Shown piece by piece: positions 37,603 to 46,933 of a stretch of DNA of 64,000 nucleotides. Position 1 is the stretch's first letter; each line of letters begins with the position of its first letter. The position numbers and the translations under genes are program-made. The stretch lies in the IMG/VR virus record IMGVR_UViG_2706796519_000001, positions 6,271 through 70,270 of that record; one strand, 5' to 3'. The notes below the pieces were generated by a model. That model searched no databases. It saw nothing but the letters and a program-made list of their open reading frames with translations, and was not told the DNA's origin. Origin of the DNA: a virus (Duplodnaviria; Caudoviricetes).

Positions 37603-37649
37603 CTGATAACCTGCGAGGGTCATGTTCTTCGTGGTTGTGGAACAGCGCA

Positions 37650-37684
37650 GAGACCCGGCACCTTCGGGGTAGGTGCCGGGTCTC
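37650..37684. terminator. Bidirectional terminator at convergent genes
   Basis: gagacccggcacc / ggtgccgggtctc, perfect 13-bp stem. Confidence 0.8.
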
Positions 37685-37703
37685 CGCTTTGGTCGGGCAG
37701 GAA

Positions 37704-38306
37704 CTATCCCTGAGCGGCGGCGCGCCACTCGTTGTAGATGTCCTGATCCTCCTCGGTCGCCGCGACCAGGATCACCGGAGCGTCCTGGTTGGCTTTGCGC
37801 TCGCCCTTCTTAATCCGACCGAGCACCCAGCTGATGTCGCGGTCGAGCATCCGCTTGCCCTCGCGGACCAGCGGGCCGTTGAAGAACATCAGGTCGTCAA
37901 TCCGGTCGCCGACCTCGAACGCTTCGCAGGCCTCGTACTCGCCGAACTTGTTCGTGAAGCCGAACTCGTCGGGCAGGGTGAGCGGGATGATGTCGACCTT
38001 GACGAACTCCTGCAGCGGCTTCTCGGGCGAGCTGTAGGCGGTCTTCATCGCGCCGTGTTCCGTGGTGTGCATCAGCACCAGCTGGTCGAGGAAATGGAGC
38101 GGCTTGTACCCGGCGATGCCCGCCGGAGCGGCGGGGGTGTCGAACGGGCTGGCCCCCTTCTTCGCGATCGGCGCATCCCCGCCCATCGGCGCAGCGTCAG
38201 GCAGCGAGGAGGCGTCAGCCTTCGCCTTGGCAGCCGGAGCCGCCTTCTTGGCGGGAGCGGCGGTGGTGGCAGCGCCACCCTTCTTGTCAAACGGTGAACC
38301 GGCCAT
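37704..38306 (-). CDS. Replication-arm protein with a Lys/Ala-rich N-terminus (candidate ssDNA-binding protein)
   Basis: ATG 38306 after AAGGA; lies next to the exonuclease gene; function is inferred. Confidence 0.5.
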   Translation of the reverse strand: MAGSPFDKKGGAATTAAPAKKAAPAAKAKADASSLPDAAPMGGDAPIAKKGASPFDTPAAPAGIAGYKPLHFLDQLVLMHTTEHGAMKTAYSSPEKPLQEFVKVDIIPLTLPDEFGFTNKFGEYEACEAFEVGDRIDDLMFFNGPLVREGKRMLDRDISWVLGRIKKGERKANQDAPVILVAATEEDQDIYNEWRAAAQG

Positions 38307-38365
38307 TGTGGCTGATCCTTTCAGGGGTTGGTTCCGAGATAGAGAACGGAACGGGATGGGTGGGA

Positions 38366-39745
38366 CTACAGGTTGCTCGCGACCGCAGCCGCGAACTCTC
38401 CCAGGTCGTCGTCCCAAACGTCCTGGTAGGTCTCGTACACCGACTGTCCTTCATCGGCGGTGGTGATGCGGGTCAGGGCGACCCTCGCCTCAGCGAGCCG
38501 CAGACCGTCGTCAGACGGCATCGGCAGCGCGTGGATGCCCGCGACGCTCTTGCCGTTCTTGGCAGCCTTGCGCCGGTCGCGGGTCTCGATCGAGGTGATC
38601 ATGGTCTCCGCGCCCCAGGTCAGGTCCATCGTGACGGCCTGGCCGCGCTCGGGCTGATCGGACGGGATGTGCATCAGGACGGCGAACGCGGGCCGGTCGT
38701 CCTCCTCGACGTCATCGGGGTGCGGCACGCCGTAGAGCTTGGGCATCGGATCCCAACCGGAGCCGTCGAGGTTGAGCATCTTCGTCGCCCACCCGTAGAC
38801 GGCGAGCTGCACGGCGTAGCTGAGCCAGCTGTACTGCAGCGACTTGGACGTTTTGACGTCGCCCAAGATCAGGTCGCCGGTCGAGGCGATGCGGTAAATA
38901 CGGTCGATCTGGCCGGTGACGGTCTCCTCGCCGAGATCGTTCATCACGATGCGCTCGACGTACTCGGGCACCGCGATCAGCCCGAACCCCTTGAGGATGT
39001 CCTGGTAGCGGTCGACGTACGGGCGGAACATCTCCGGCACGTCGGAGTAGAGCACCTGCCCGAGGTCGATGGCTTCCAGCCAGGCGTGAACGGCGGTGCC
39101 CAGTTCGGCGGAGTCCTTGCCGCCCTGCAGGTTGTCGAGCACGTCGAGCGCCTTGTCCAGCGGGCCAACCGTCGGTTCATCGAGCGCCGCCACGATCGCG
39201 TCGAGCGCTTCGCCCGCCGTGACCTTGAACCGCTCCGACAACATCGCATCGCGGTCCATCTGACAGACCTTGAGCACGCGCAGCGCGGTCTCCCGGCGCT
39301 TCCACTTCCACAGCCCCACGATGTCATCGAGAGTGTCGGCGACGGTCGTGGCCCGCGTGAATCCGGTCGGGCGGTTGGTCTGCGGAGCCGGGAGGAGGTA
39401 CTGCTTCCACCCGTTGAACTTGGGCTTGTAGCGCGGCGGCTCCGGCGGCAGCGGATACCCTTGCCATTCGGTCTGTCGGCCCATGATCTCGCCCGTGTCA
39501 TCAATCGCGGTCACTGCACTCTCCTCTGTTGTGGTTGCGGCGGGCTCGCTGCCCGCCTCGCTGACGTTCTGCGCCTCCGAGGGGTCTTGTACCGGCGGCA
39601 GCGGCTCCGGCGCGCCTGCGGCGAAATAGGACGGGTCTGCGTACTGCTCTTGCGAGGTCCACCCGGCCTGATCGCCCTTCCCGGCGCGGTACCAGACGGT
39701 GTTGGTATCACGCCGGGCCGGGAACATCTCAGCGACCGTGCTCAT
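38366..39745 (-). CDS. PD-(D/E)XK exonuclease (RecB/Cas4-like)
   Basis: GQIDRIY...GDVKTSK...QLAVY; alternative in-frame start at GTG 39514. Confidence 0.85.
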   Translation of the reverse strand: MSTVAEMFPARRDTNTVWYRAGKGDQAGWTSQEQYADPSYFAAGAPEPLPPVQDPSEAQNVSEAGSEPAATTTEESAVTAIDDTGEIMGRQTEWQGYPLPPEPPRYKPKFNGWKQYLLPAPQTNRPTGFTRATTVADTLDDIVGLWKWKRRETALRVLKVCQMDRDAMLSERFKVTAGEALDAIVAALDEPTVGPLDKALDVLDNLQGGKDSAELGTAVHAWLEAIDLGQVLYSDVPEMFRPYVDRYQDILKGFGLIAVPEYVERIVMNDLGEETVTGQIDRIYRIASTGDLILGDVKTSKSLQYSWLSYAVQLAVYGWATKMLNLDGSGWDPMPKLYGVPHPDDVEEDDRPAFAVLMHIPSDQPERGQAVTMDLTWGAETMITSIETRDRRKAAKNGKSVAGIHALPMPSDDGLRLAEARVALTRITTADEGQSVYETYQDVWDDDLGEFAAAVASNL

Positions 39746-40635
39746 GCAGCAGACCGTCGTAACTTGGTGTGGTCCGCTGCCGGGTGGATGAAGTGCTCCG
39801 CCTTCGAGTCCCAGGGAACGAACTTGCTGCCGTGCAGGTACGAGTGCCAGCAGGAGGACAGATCAGCGAGACGCTGCAGGTTCAACCCTCGCGAGGTCGC
39901 GCCGAGCGGAATCTTGTTGTCCTTGCGGCTGTAATGCTTGATCATGTCGGTGCGCGGGTCTCCCAGACCGACCCCGTTTCCGGTGGCGTAGTCCGTCCAG
40001 AACTTCTCCGCGTCGGGATGGTCGCCGGTCCAGAACAGCAACCATCCCAAAGTCCGAACGGTCGCAATTGAGGCCTCGCCCCATTCTTTGTTGGCCCGCT
40101 TCACTACTGACGACGCGAGCGCGGCAGCCCGTTCCAGCGTGTCGCTGTGCTGATGAGCGAACCGGATAGCGTCAGCGGTGTCCGGCTTGACGTCGACCCG
40201 AGGCATTTTCGGCGGGCCGCTGGTAGCCATCGCCACCGAAATGATCGAGGCGATGCTGGCCTGATTGGCACGAAATCCCGTATAGGCGAGGTGATGGGCC
40301 AGGGTGCGATTGCGTCCGCTGTCCATCTGCAGAAGCTCGTCTTCCGAGACGTCGCGAACGACCAGTACCGGCACACCCGGGTGGTTCTTGGGCAGGCTGG
40401 CAATGGCCTCCGCGCGGTTGTTGCCGTTACCTAGAGTGCCGTCGTGCATGATCGCGAACGGGGTGGCGATGCGCGGGTACCAGCGCCCGATCTCGATGTA
40501 CGTCCGATAGAGCCGGACCGACTCAGGACTGACCTTGCGCTGACCCGCGTGAGGGCGCTTGCGATACTCGCGCGCCTCCGCCGGGGTCCAGACCTCGATC
40601 TGAGGAGTCGACAAGGTGTCAGCGGTGTTCTTCAT
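39742..40635 (-). CDS. ParB/Srx-like (DGQHR-type) domain protein
   Basis: RKVSPESVRLY...GRW...FAIMHDGTLGNGNNRAEAI...MDSGRNRT; AGGAG SD before ATG 40635. Confidence 0.6.
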   Translation of the reverse strand: MKNTADTLSTPQIEVWTPAEAREYRKRPHAGQRKVSPESVRLYRTYIEIGRWYPRIATPFAIMHDGTLGNGNNRAEAIASLPKNHPGVPVLVVRDVSEDELLQMDSGRNRTLAHHLAYTGFRANQASIASIISVAMATSGPPKMPRVDVKPDTADAIRFAHQHSDTLERAAALASSVVKRANKEWGEASIATVRTLGWLLFWTGDHPDAEKFWTDYATGNGVGLGDPRTDMIKHYSRKDNKIPLGATSRGLNLQRLADLSSCWHSYLHGSKFVPWDSKAEHFIHPAADHTKLRRSAA

Positions 40636-40703
40636 GTTCGTTCTCCTATGGTTGTTTTCCCGGCGGGGCGATCCCGCACGGGCCAGGCGGTTCGATCCCG
40701 CCA

Positions 40704-40738
40704 AGTCTTGTGTCATCTGTCATCAGTCTTGTGCCATC
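40704..40738. repeat. 14-bp direct repeat pair with 21-bp period
   Basis: agtcttgtgtcatc (40704-40717) and agtcttgtgccatc (40725-40738). Confidence 0.7.
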
Positions 40739-41144
40739 AGCGATAACTCCGAATCGGCGTCAATTCTCGCCCTCGCTTCTGCTGACGGCGATGAGTACCG
40801 CACAGATCATGAGCAACGGTCTCTCGAGTGCATTCGGGTCCAGTACAGATCGCAGCCTGGCGTTTCCCAAACCGCCGATCGGGCTGAGGTTCCGGGACTT
40901 CCACCCCTGCCTCGCGTGCGATCTTCCGCCGATAATCCTCGTAATCAGTGCTGATGAATGCCCAGTCCCGCGTCTTGGGCCAGCCGTGTTCGTATCCCGG
41001 CACTTTCGCGTCGGCCAGCCGGTCAAAATGGAGGATGAATCCGCGACGGGTGTTCTTGCGTCGGCACACCTCGCCAACGACGGCTCCGCATCGAGTGCAC
41101 TCGATAGCCAGTGTTGATTTGATTTGCACCTCGGTCACGCTCAT
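40737..41144 (-). CDS. Cys/His-rich putative zinc-binding protein
   Basis: CxxC...C...H and CxxxxC...CxxH; ATGA overlap with the helicase stop. Confidence 0.65.
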   Translation of the reverse strand: MSVTEVQIKSTLAIECTRCGAVVGEVCRRKNTRRGFILHFDRLADAKVPGYEHGWPKTRDWAFISTDYEDYRRKIAREAGVEVPEPQPDRRFGKRQAAICTGPECTRETVAHDLCGTHRRQQKRGRELTPIRSYR

Positions 41145-42835
41145 CGCTCGATCCCGCCGTCGAGAACGCGGCTCGCGAGCTTGACGCTGATCTCGTCGCT
41201 CAGCCGGGCCTTCGTCATGTCGGCGTACCCGGCGATTCCCAGCTGCCGGGCGTATCGCTGCTGCGCCTCCGAGGGCGGCTGATTCCGTCGCCATGAGGCG
41301 CGGCGGTCGGGCAACTGCTGGTCGGTCTCGACAATCCAGACCTCGGCACCTTCCAGCGCGGCGGGGAGATCAACGTACTCAGGTTCCTCAGCGATGTAGC
41401 GACCGGAGCCGGTGACCCATCCGCCGTTCCTGGTCCGGTAGTTGATCTGGCCGATGGCCCAGGTGGTCCGCTCGTCTCCGGTCGGGCGTATCCCGTCCTT
41501 CGGCCAGACGAACACGATCTCGTTGTCGCCCATCAGGTTGATGAACGGGACACCCGCCGGGGTCTCCAACCACAGCGTCGTGTCGTTGGCGAGGAGGTCG
41601 ATGGTCACCATGTCGACCGGACCCTGCCGCACGATCTTGGTCACCGCGTCGTCAAGATCGCCGTCGAGCAAATCGTCCAGCGGAGCGTCGAGCAGTTCCA
41701 GCCCGTCCTCATCGACGGCCTTGGTCTCCGCGCCGGGGAGCAGCTGCGTCAGGTTGACCAGCTTCATCGTCCGCGCCGATCCGGCGAGGTCGAGCACCAG
41801 AGCGTCCGACTTGCCGGGGTACAGGCGGAGCGCGCGACCGACCATCTGCGAATACAGGTTGCGCGAGCGGGTCGGGCGGGCGAGCACCACGGTGTCGCAC
41901 ATCGGGAAGTCAGCGCCCTCGGTCAACACCTGCACGGTCACCAGCGCCCGGCACTCGCCGGACCGGAACGCTTCGTACATCGGCTGCCGGTCGGCGTAGT
42001 TGATCGCGCCGGTCACCGCGACGGCGGGATAATCCTCGGCAGTCAGCGCCTCGGCGATGTGGTGAGCGGCGTCGACCGAGGCGGCGAAGATGATCGGGGT
42101 GCGATCGGCGGCGTGCAGCTTGATCGCGTCGACCACGTACTGCGTCGCCGCCTCCATGACCTCGGCGAGATCGCCCTGGTGGAAGTCTCCGGCGACCGTC
42201 CGCACGTCATCGAGCGCGTCGAGACCCTTGATCTTCACGGTCAGCCCGCGCGGCTTGACCAGGTACTTTTTGCGGATGGCCCACGCGATGTCCTTCTCGT
42301 AGGCGATGTTCTCGATGACGTCGCCGAGGCCGATGACGCCGCGCTCGTTGCGGTACATCGTCGCGGTGAATCCGGCCATCAGCGCCGCGTCGTACCCGCC
42401 CAGTTCGCGGAACGTCGTGTGGAACCCCTCGGCTCCGGCGTGGTGCACCTCATCCCAGAGGATCACATGCCGCTCGCCCAGCGCCTCGCGGCGGTGAGCG
42501 GTGGCGAGGGTCTGCAGCGTCGCGAACACGATGTCGGCGTGGCTGTCGTCGGTCTCGGCACGGACGATGCCGGTCTTGTCGGCGTAGTGGGGCGCGACGG
42601 CGATGAAGTCGCGTCGCATCTGATCGAGCAATTCGCCCCGGTGGGCGAGGGCGATGACGCGCTGGTTGCGGTCGAGGGCGCGGCGTCCGACCTCGCCGAT
42701 GACGGTGGACTTGCCGGAGCCGGTGGGGAGCACGACGCCGGTGCGGCGAGTGCCGTCTGCCCACTTGGCCTCTACGGCGTCGGCGGCTGCGGTCTGATAG
42801 TCCCGCAACTCGCGGGGCGCGGCGGAGGCGGTCAT
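41141..42835 (-). CDS. Superfamily 2 DNA helicase
   Basis: PTGSGKS Walker A, DEVHH, TAT, QMVGRALR. Confidence 0.95.
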   Translation of the reverse strand: MTASAAPRELRDYQTAAADAVEAKWADGTRRTGVVLPTGSGKSTVIGEVGRRALDRNQRVIALAHRGELLDQMRRDFIAVAPHYADKTGIVRAETDDSHADIVFATLQTLATAHRREALGERHVILWDEVHHAGAEGFHTTFRELGGYDAALMAGFTATMYRNERGVIGLGDVIENIAYEKDIAWAIRKKYLVKPRGLTVKIKGLDALDDVRTVAGDFHQGDLAEVMEAATQYVVDAIKLHAADRTPIIFAASVDAAHHIAEALTAEDYPAVAVTGAINYADRQPMYEAFRSGECRALVTVQVLTEGADFPMCDTVVLARPTRSRNLYSQMVGRALRLYPGKSDALVLDLAGSARTMKLVNLTQLLPGAETKAVDEDGLELLDAPLDDLLDGDLDDAVTKIVRQGPVDMVTIDLLANDTTLWLETPAGVPFINLMGDNEIVFVWPKDGIRPTGDERTTWAIGQINYRTRNGGWVTGSGRYIAEEPEYVDLPAALEGAEVWIVETDQQLPDRRASWRRNQPPSEAQQRYARQLGIAGYADMTKARLSDEISVKLASRVLDGGIER

Positions 42836-42885
42836 GTGAATCCGATCTGAGGCTGAGAGTGGATCTGAGTCTGAGGTTGAGAGGT

Positions 42886-42949
42886 GCGGGCCGGTCCGGC
42901 AGAACCGGCCCGCGATCTCATTTATACCCGACGACGACGGGAAAGTCTA
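42886..42949 (-). promoter_or_regulatory. Repeated promoter cassette, copy 2 (TAGACT-17-TATAAA) with a different leader hairpin
   Basis: -35 at 42944-42949, -10 at 42921-42926, 10-bp inverted repeat at 42886-42913. Confidence 0.75.
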
Positions 42950-43111
42950 GGGCCATCGTCGCGTGATCGAAACGATCATCTCGTTGCGACGGGCGGAGCG
43001 GTAGGCCTTGAACATCTCCCACAGTGAATCGCCCTCGTAGAGCAACTGATCGTGGTAACCGTCAGGGGTCTCGTCTCGACCCTCGACGCGCCACTTCGCC
43101 GCCCGGCTCAC
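42947..43111 (-). CDS. 54-aa hypothetical protein
   Basis: Hand-translated MSRAAKWRVEGRDETPDGYHDQ...; GTGA overlap. Confidence 0.6.
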   Translation of the reverse strand: MSRAAKWRVEGRDETPDGYHDQLLYEGDSLWEMFKAYRSARRNEMIVSITRRWP

Positions 43112-43524
43112 GGGGCCACCCATCCCGGCTCATCCCAGAGCGGCTTGTTCACCGCGTCGGGAGCGTCGCTGACCTCGTAGGTCTCGACGCCGTTGGAGAC
43201 GAACGGCTGCAGATAGCCGGGCGAGTAGGTGCAACTGCTGTACCCGTAGCCGGAGCCGTAGCACGACGACCGGGCGTTGACCCAGTGCGCCGGGGTATAG
43301 AACTCGCGGTACCGGGTCCAGCTGCCGTCGGGCCGACGGGCGGTGTCGCAGATGTCGCGACGGGTGCCCTTGAACGGCCAGATGCCCGGCGTGGTGATGC
43401 AGGCGGTCCCCGGCGGATTGGCGGAGGCCTTCGGCGGCTCACACTGGCTCACCCCGAGCGCGATCAGGACCGAGGCACCGGCAGTGATCGCGAGCTTGGC
43501 GGGCACGGATTCCCTAATCCTCAT
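43108..43524 (-). CDS. Exported CDGP-like domain protein
   Basis: Signal-like N-terminus; RRDICD...DGSWTRYREF...C...E-x-Y...P pattern. Confidence 0.65.
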   Translation of the reverse strand: MRIRESVPAKLAITAGASVLIALGVSQCEPPKASANPPGTACITTPGIWPFKGTRRDICDTARRPDGSWTRYREFYTPAHWVNARSSCYGSGYGYSSCTYSPGYLQPFVSNGVETYEVSDAPDAVNKPLWDEPGWVAP

Positions 43525-43982
43525 TTGTCGACCCGCCCGCCTGCAGCGGCGGCAAGCTGGAACAGCTGAGTGAGGCGGTCGTACCCGACCAGCTTCAGCT
43601 CGTTCGCGCTGATCGTCTCGCCCGTGTGCGCCTTGAGCATCGCCACCAGCCCGGCGAGATCGCCGAGGTTGCGGACGAAATACCCGTCCGGCTTGTCGCC
43701 GCTCGGCTCGCCGGTCGGGACGAAGAACTGCACATACCCGCTGCGGCTCGCCATCAGGCGCTCCGCCTCTTTGCTGGTGGGAGGGGTGTCGTTCTTGATG
43801 CACCGGGTGAGGTAGTTCTTCAGGGCGGTGACCCGATCGCGGTTGTTCTCCCACCACTGGTCGCGGTGCTGAGCCTGGTGGGCGGCGGTCTGCCGCTCCC
43901 ACTCGGCGACCGCATCCTCGTGCAGCTTGATCACCGATTCGGCGGCGTCGATGAGCGACTGCGTTTTGAACGTGACGGACAT
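43521..43982 (-). CDS. Hypothetical protein
   Basis: 153 aa, AAGGAG SD. Confidence 0.7.
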   Translation of the reverse strand: MSVTFKTQSLIDAAESVIKLHEDAVAEWERQTAAHQAQHRDQWWENNRDRVTALKNYLTRCIKNDTPPTSKEAERLMASRSGYVQFFVPTGEPSGDKPDGYFVRNLGDLAGLVAMLKAHTGETISANELKLVGYDRLTQLFQLAAAAGGRVDK

Positions 43983-44015
43983 GGGTTCTCCTTCGTGGTT
44001 GTGTCGAGCGCCGGG

Positions 44016-46901
44016 TCAGTCGGCGTCGTTGATCTCGGCTGCAGCGAGCAGCCGGGCCTGAGCAGCGCTATTGGCGCTGGGGATGTAGCGCGAGCCGGAC
44101 GGGGTGCCGGTCAGCGTCTCGATCAGCTGGTACCGCAGGGCGCGGTCGGTCGCCTCGGCGATGCGCTGCTTCCAGTACGGGCCGACGTCGTTGCGCGACT
44201 GGGCATAGTTGTCGGGCCGGATCGCCATGACCAGTTCGCCGCGAGTGACACCCTGCTGCGGGAAGCGGTCGACGTACTCGCGGATCCGAATCGCCGTCTC
44301 CACCAGCGGCTCCGGCACGGGCCGGGCCAGCACGACCTCGCCCTGCATCGGGTCGATCGCGCAGTTGGGGCCGGTGATGACGGGAGCCTTGATGTCGGTG
44401 CCGGGTTCGAGCACCCCGAGGTCCAGCATCATCAGCGGAATCGCATCCTCCAACTGCTCGATGTTCTTCTGCTTCGTGGTCCAGACCTCGATCGCCTTAC
44501 CCGGCAGCCGACCGTTCGCGTCGAGCAACTGGTCGTAGGCCCACCTCGCCTCGCGCACCACCAGTTCGGAGTCGAGTGCGCCGTTGAGGGCGGAGCTACC
44601 GCGCGCGACCTCGGGCGCGCCCTTGGACGTGTGGTGCACGACGCAGACCCCGGCGTTGGTGTGGTCCTTGAGCTTGTCGAACCGGCGCACCGCCTTGCCC
44701 ACGTCGGTCGCCGAGTTCTCCTCCAGGCCGGAGGACATGCGGGCGAACGTGTCGAAGATGACCAGGCCGATCTCCTGCCGGACGATGTAGGCCGCGATGT
44801 CGCCCCAGGCCTCGTTGGTCGCTTGAACGAGGATGATGCCGTTGCCGAGCAGCAGGTTGTCGTCCAACTCGATGTCGTGCGCGGCTTCCCAGGCGCGGAG
44901 GCGCTGCACCGCTCCGGCGAGGCCTTCACCGGGCAGGTAGAGCACCTTCGTCTTGAGGGTTTTGCGGCCCTGCCAGCGCTTGCCGGTCGCGATGTGGCAG
45001 GCCATGTCGAGCGCGATGCTCGACTTGCCCATGCCGGGCGCGCCGATGATGCAACTCAGACCCCCGTGCTCGATCAGACCGTCGATCACGAACTCGGGCG
45101 GCGGCATCTCCCGCCAGTGGGAGAACGGGGCGATGCGCGGCACCCCGGCGTGGGCGGAGTCGAACACGTCGGGGTCCGATTCCTCGACCTCATCGGGGTA
45201 CGGCGAGTCCTTGGCGACCTTGCCGAAATCGGCGGGCAGCGCATCCACGCTCAGGTCGACCGGCGCGGCCTGAGCAGCGGGTTCCGGCGCGGCGGCGACG
45301 GGTGAACTGGCAGTTTCCTCGGGCGCGGCGTTCGAGCCGACAAGATGCCCGTCGTCATCGTCCGCGTGCCACAGGGCACCCTCATCGTCCTCGGCCACGG
45401 TCTCGTCGCCGTACAGCGCAATCCATTCGTCGCAGGAGCAGAACCGCTGTGTCTCGCCGCAATGGACGCACGCACGATCGCCGGGGTAGCTCGCGACCGG
45501 CGTCCACTGATGGGTGCAGGCCTCCTGCTGAGCATCAGCGGCAGCCTCATCCTCGGTCTGGGCCTCGACGGGCGCGGGCATCTCGAAATCGCCGTCACCG
45601 GTCATCCCGTGATCGGGGTCGGGCTGGCGAGGCCTGATGTCGGGGTCGACCTCGGTGCCGGTCGGGGTGAGGTCGAGCGCGTCCATCGCCGTGCCGACCT
45701 TGCCGCCGAAGCTGGTCAGCGCGACCGCCTGCAGCTTGGAGATGGTCGAGGTGCCCTTGTCCTTGACCCACTGGTCGAACGGCTCCGCCGGGTTGTCGGT
45801 CCAGATGTGCAGCGGGGCGTTGACCTCGGTGTAGCGACCGGCGGTGCACCCTGCGCCATGAGCGGTCGCCGACTTGGGGCTGGCGTGCACGCCCGGCGCG
45901 GTCCACACCTCGCACCCGCACGAATCGGCGCGCGGAGCCGGTGTCCACCCGAGCGGTTCGAGGATGGCAGCCCACGGGGTCTGCTCAGCCCACTGGTCGA
46001 TCGCGGTCGCCAACTCAGGATTGGAGGCCTCGGCGTTGCGCTCAGCGCGCTCGGCGCGGAGCGTCCCGGCCTCGATGATCTTGTCGGCCAGCCAGTCCGG
46101 CAACTCGTAGTCCCGACCGACCAACTCGTACGCGCCCTCGGGCCGGGTCGACGGCGGAATCAGCACGTACCGGCGGTCCCACAAGACAGCGAACCCGTCG
46201 TCTCCGCCCCACGTCATCGCACCGAGGTTGCGCGGGAGGACGGGCCACAGCCGGTCCGGCACGGTGAAGTAGAAATGCCCGCCGTCGGCGTGCGCCCACG
46301 TGCTCGGGTCGTCGGGGTCTGCACCTTCGCCGCGATGGCCGGGGGTGACGACGGTGGGCGGAGGCAGCGTGTCGTCGTCAGGGTCGAGGTCGTTCGCCTC
46401 GAACCAGCGCCGCACCTGACCGGCGGTGTCGCAGTCGATGACGACGAGACCGGACGCGCCGACCTCGACGGCGAGGTTGACCCCGACCGGCTCGGCCATG
46501 ACGATCTCGCCCGCATCCTCCCGCTTCTTTGACCAGTTGACCTGCTGACCGTGGTCGCCGTCCGGCGTCACCTCCACCCACGTCGAGAACTGCTGCACGT
46601 ACGCCTTGAGGTACCGGTCGAGCACGGTTTTCTCGTTGGTGGCGAGGGCGAGACCGGCTGCCGACTTGATCGTGGCCCAGTCGCGGCGACCGGCGTCCTT
46701 CGCGGCCTCCTGAGCGGCTTTGTCGTCGGCCCGGCGCTTGGCCGGGGTCCGCATGTCAGCGGGCACCTTGGAGTCGGGATAGATGAACAGCAGGTGCAGA
46801 CCGATGTCCGCAGCTTGGCGGATGAACGCGCGCACGGCCTCATGGTCGCGGTTGTCGATACCGGAGCCGAGCACGGCCTGTAGAGGGGTGGAACCGAGCA
46901 T
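44016..46901 (-). CDS. Bifunctional primase-polymerase / AAA (RepA-like) helicase
   Basis: LVVIDCD and GGHFYF prim-pol motifs; GAPGMGKS Walker A; LVIFDT Walker B; VVHHTSK. Confidence 0.9.
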   Translation of the reverse strand: MLGSTPLQAVLGSGIDNRDHEAVRAFIRQAADIGLHLLFIYPDSKVPADMRTPAKRRADDKAAQEAAKDAGRRDWATIKSAAGLALATNEKTVLDRYLKAYVQQFSTWVEVTPDGDHGQQVNWSKKREDAGEIVMAEPVGVNLAVEVGASGLVVIDCDTAGQVRRWFEANDLDPDDDTLPPPTVVTPGHRGEGADPDDPSTWAHADGGHFYFTVPDRLWPVLPRNLGAMTWGGDDGFAVLWDRRYVLIPPSTRPEGAYELVGRDYELPDWLADKIIEAGTLRAERAERNAEASNPELATAIDQWAEQTPWAAILEPLGWTPAPRADSCGCEVWTAPGVHASPKSATAHGAGCTAGRYTEVNAPLHIWTDNPAEPFDQWVKDKGTSTISKLQAVALTSFGGKVGTAMDALDLTPTGTEVDPDIRPRQPDPDHGMTGDGDFEMPAPVEAQTEDEAAADAQQEACTHQWTPVASYPGDRACVHCGETQRFCSCDEWIALYGDETVAEDDEGALWHADDDDGHLVGSNAAPEETASSPVAAAPEPAAQAAPVDLSVDALPADFGKVAKDSPYPDEVEESDPDVFDSAHAGVPRIAPFSHWREMPPPEFVIDGLIEHGGLSCIIGAPGMGKSSIALDMACHIATGKRWQGRKTLKTKVLYLPGEGLAGAVQRLRAWEAAHDIELDDNLLLGNGIILVQATNEAWGDIAAYIVRQEIGLVIFDTFARMSSGLEENSATDVGKAVRRFDKLKDHTNAGVCVVHHTSKGAPEVARGSSALNGALDSELVVREARWAYDQLLDANGRLPGKAIEVWTTKQKNIEQLEDAIPLMMLDLGVLEPGTDIKAPVITGPNCAIDPMQGEVVLARPVPEPLVETAIRIREYVDRFPQQGVTRGELVMAIRPDNYAQSRNDVGPYWKQRIAEATDRALRYQLIETLTGTPSGSRYIPSANSAAQARLLAAAEINDAD

Positions 46902-46933
46902 GGGGGTGAATCCCTTCGTGGTTGTGGTTGGTG

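Noticed and set aside
37607-37612. TAACCT -10-like hexamer after lysB
   Set aside because: No start codon at 6-7 nt, and it points directly into the terminator
37252-37638. Antisense ORF from ATG 37623 into lysB, preceded by ACAACCAC
   Set aside because: No good SD, lies downstream of the terminator for leftward transcription, and fully shadows lysB; kept only as a motif hit
38366-39745. Possible Cas4/CRISPR link of the exonuclease
   Set aside because: No four-Cys Fe-S motif visible, no other cas genes and no repeat-spacer array; the repeated cassettes are dispersed, not arrayed
42846-42880. Short CTGAG repeats upstream of the helicase gene
   Set aside because: Too short and degenerate to separate from chance without comparison to relatives
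38294-45305. 546-aa and 559-aa + strand ORFs opposite the replication genes
   Set aside because: Antisense shadows; the real genes on the minus strand carry clear motifs
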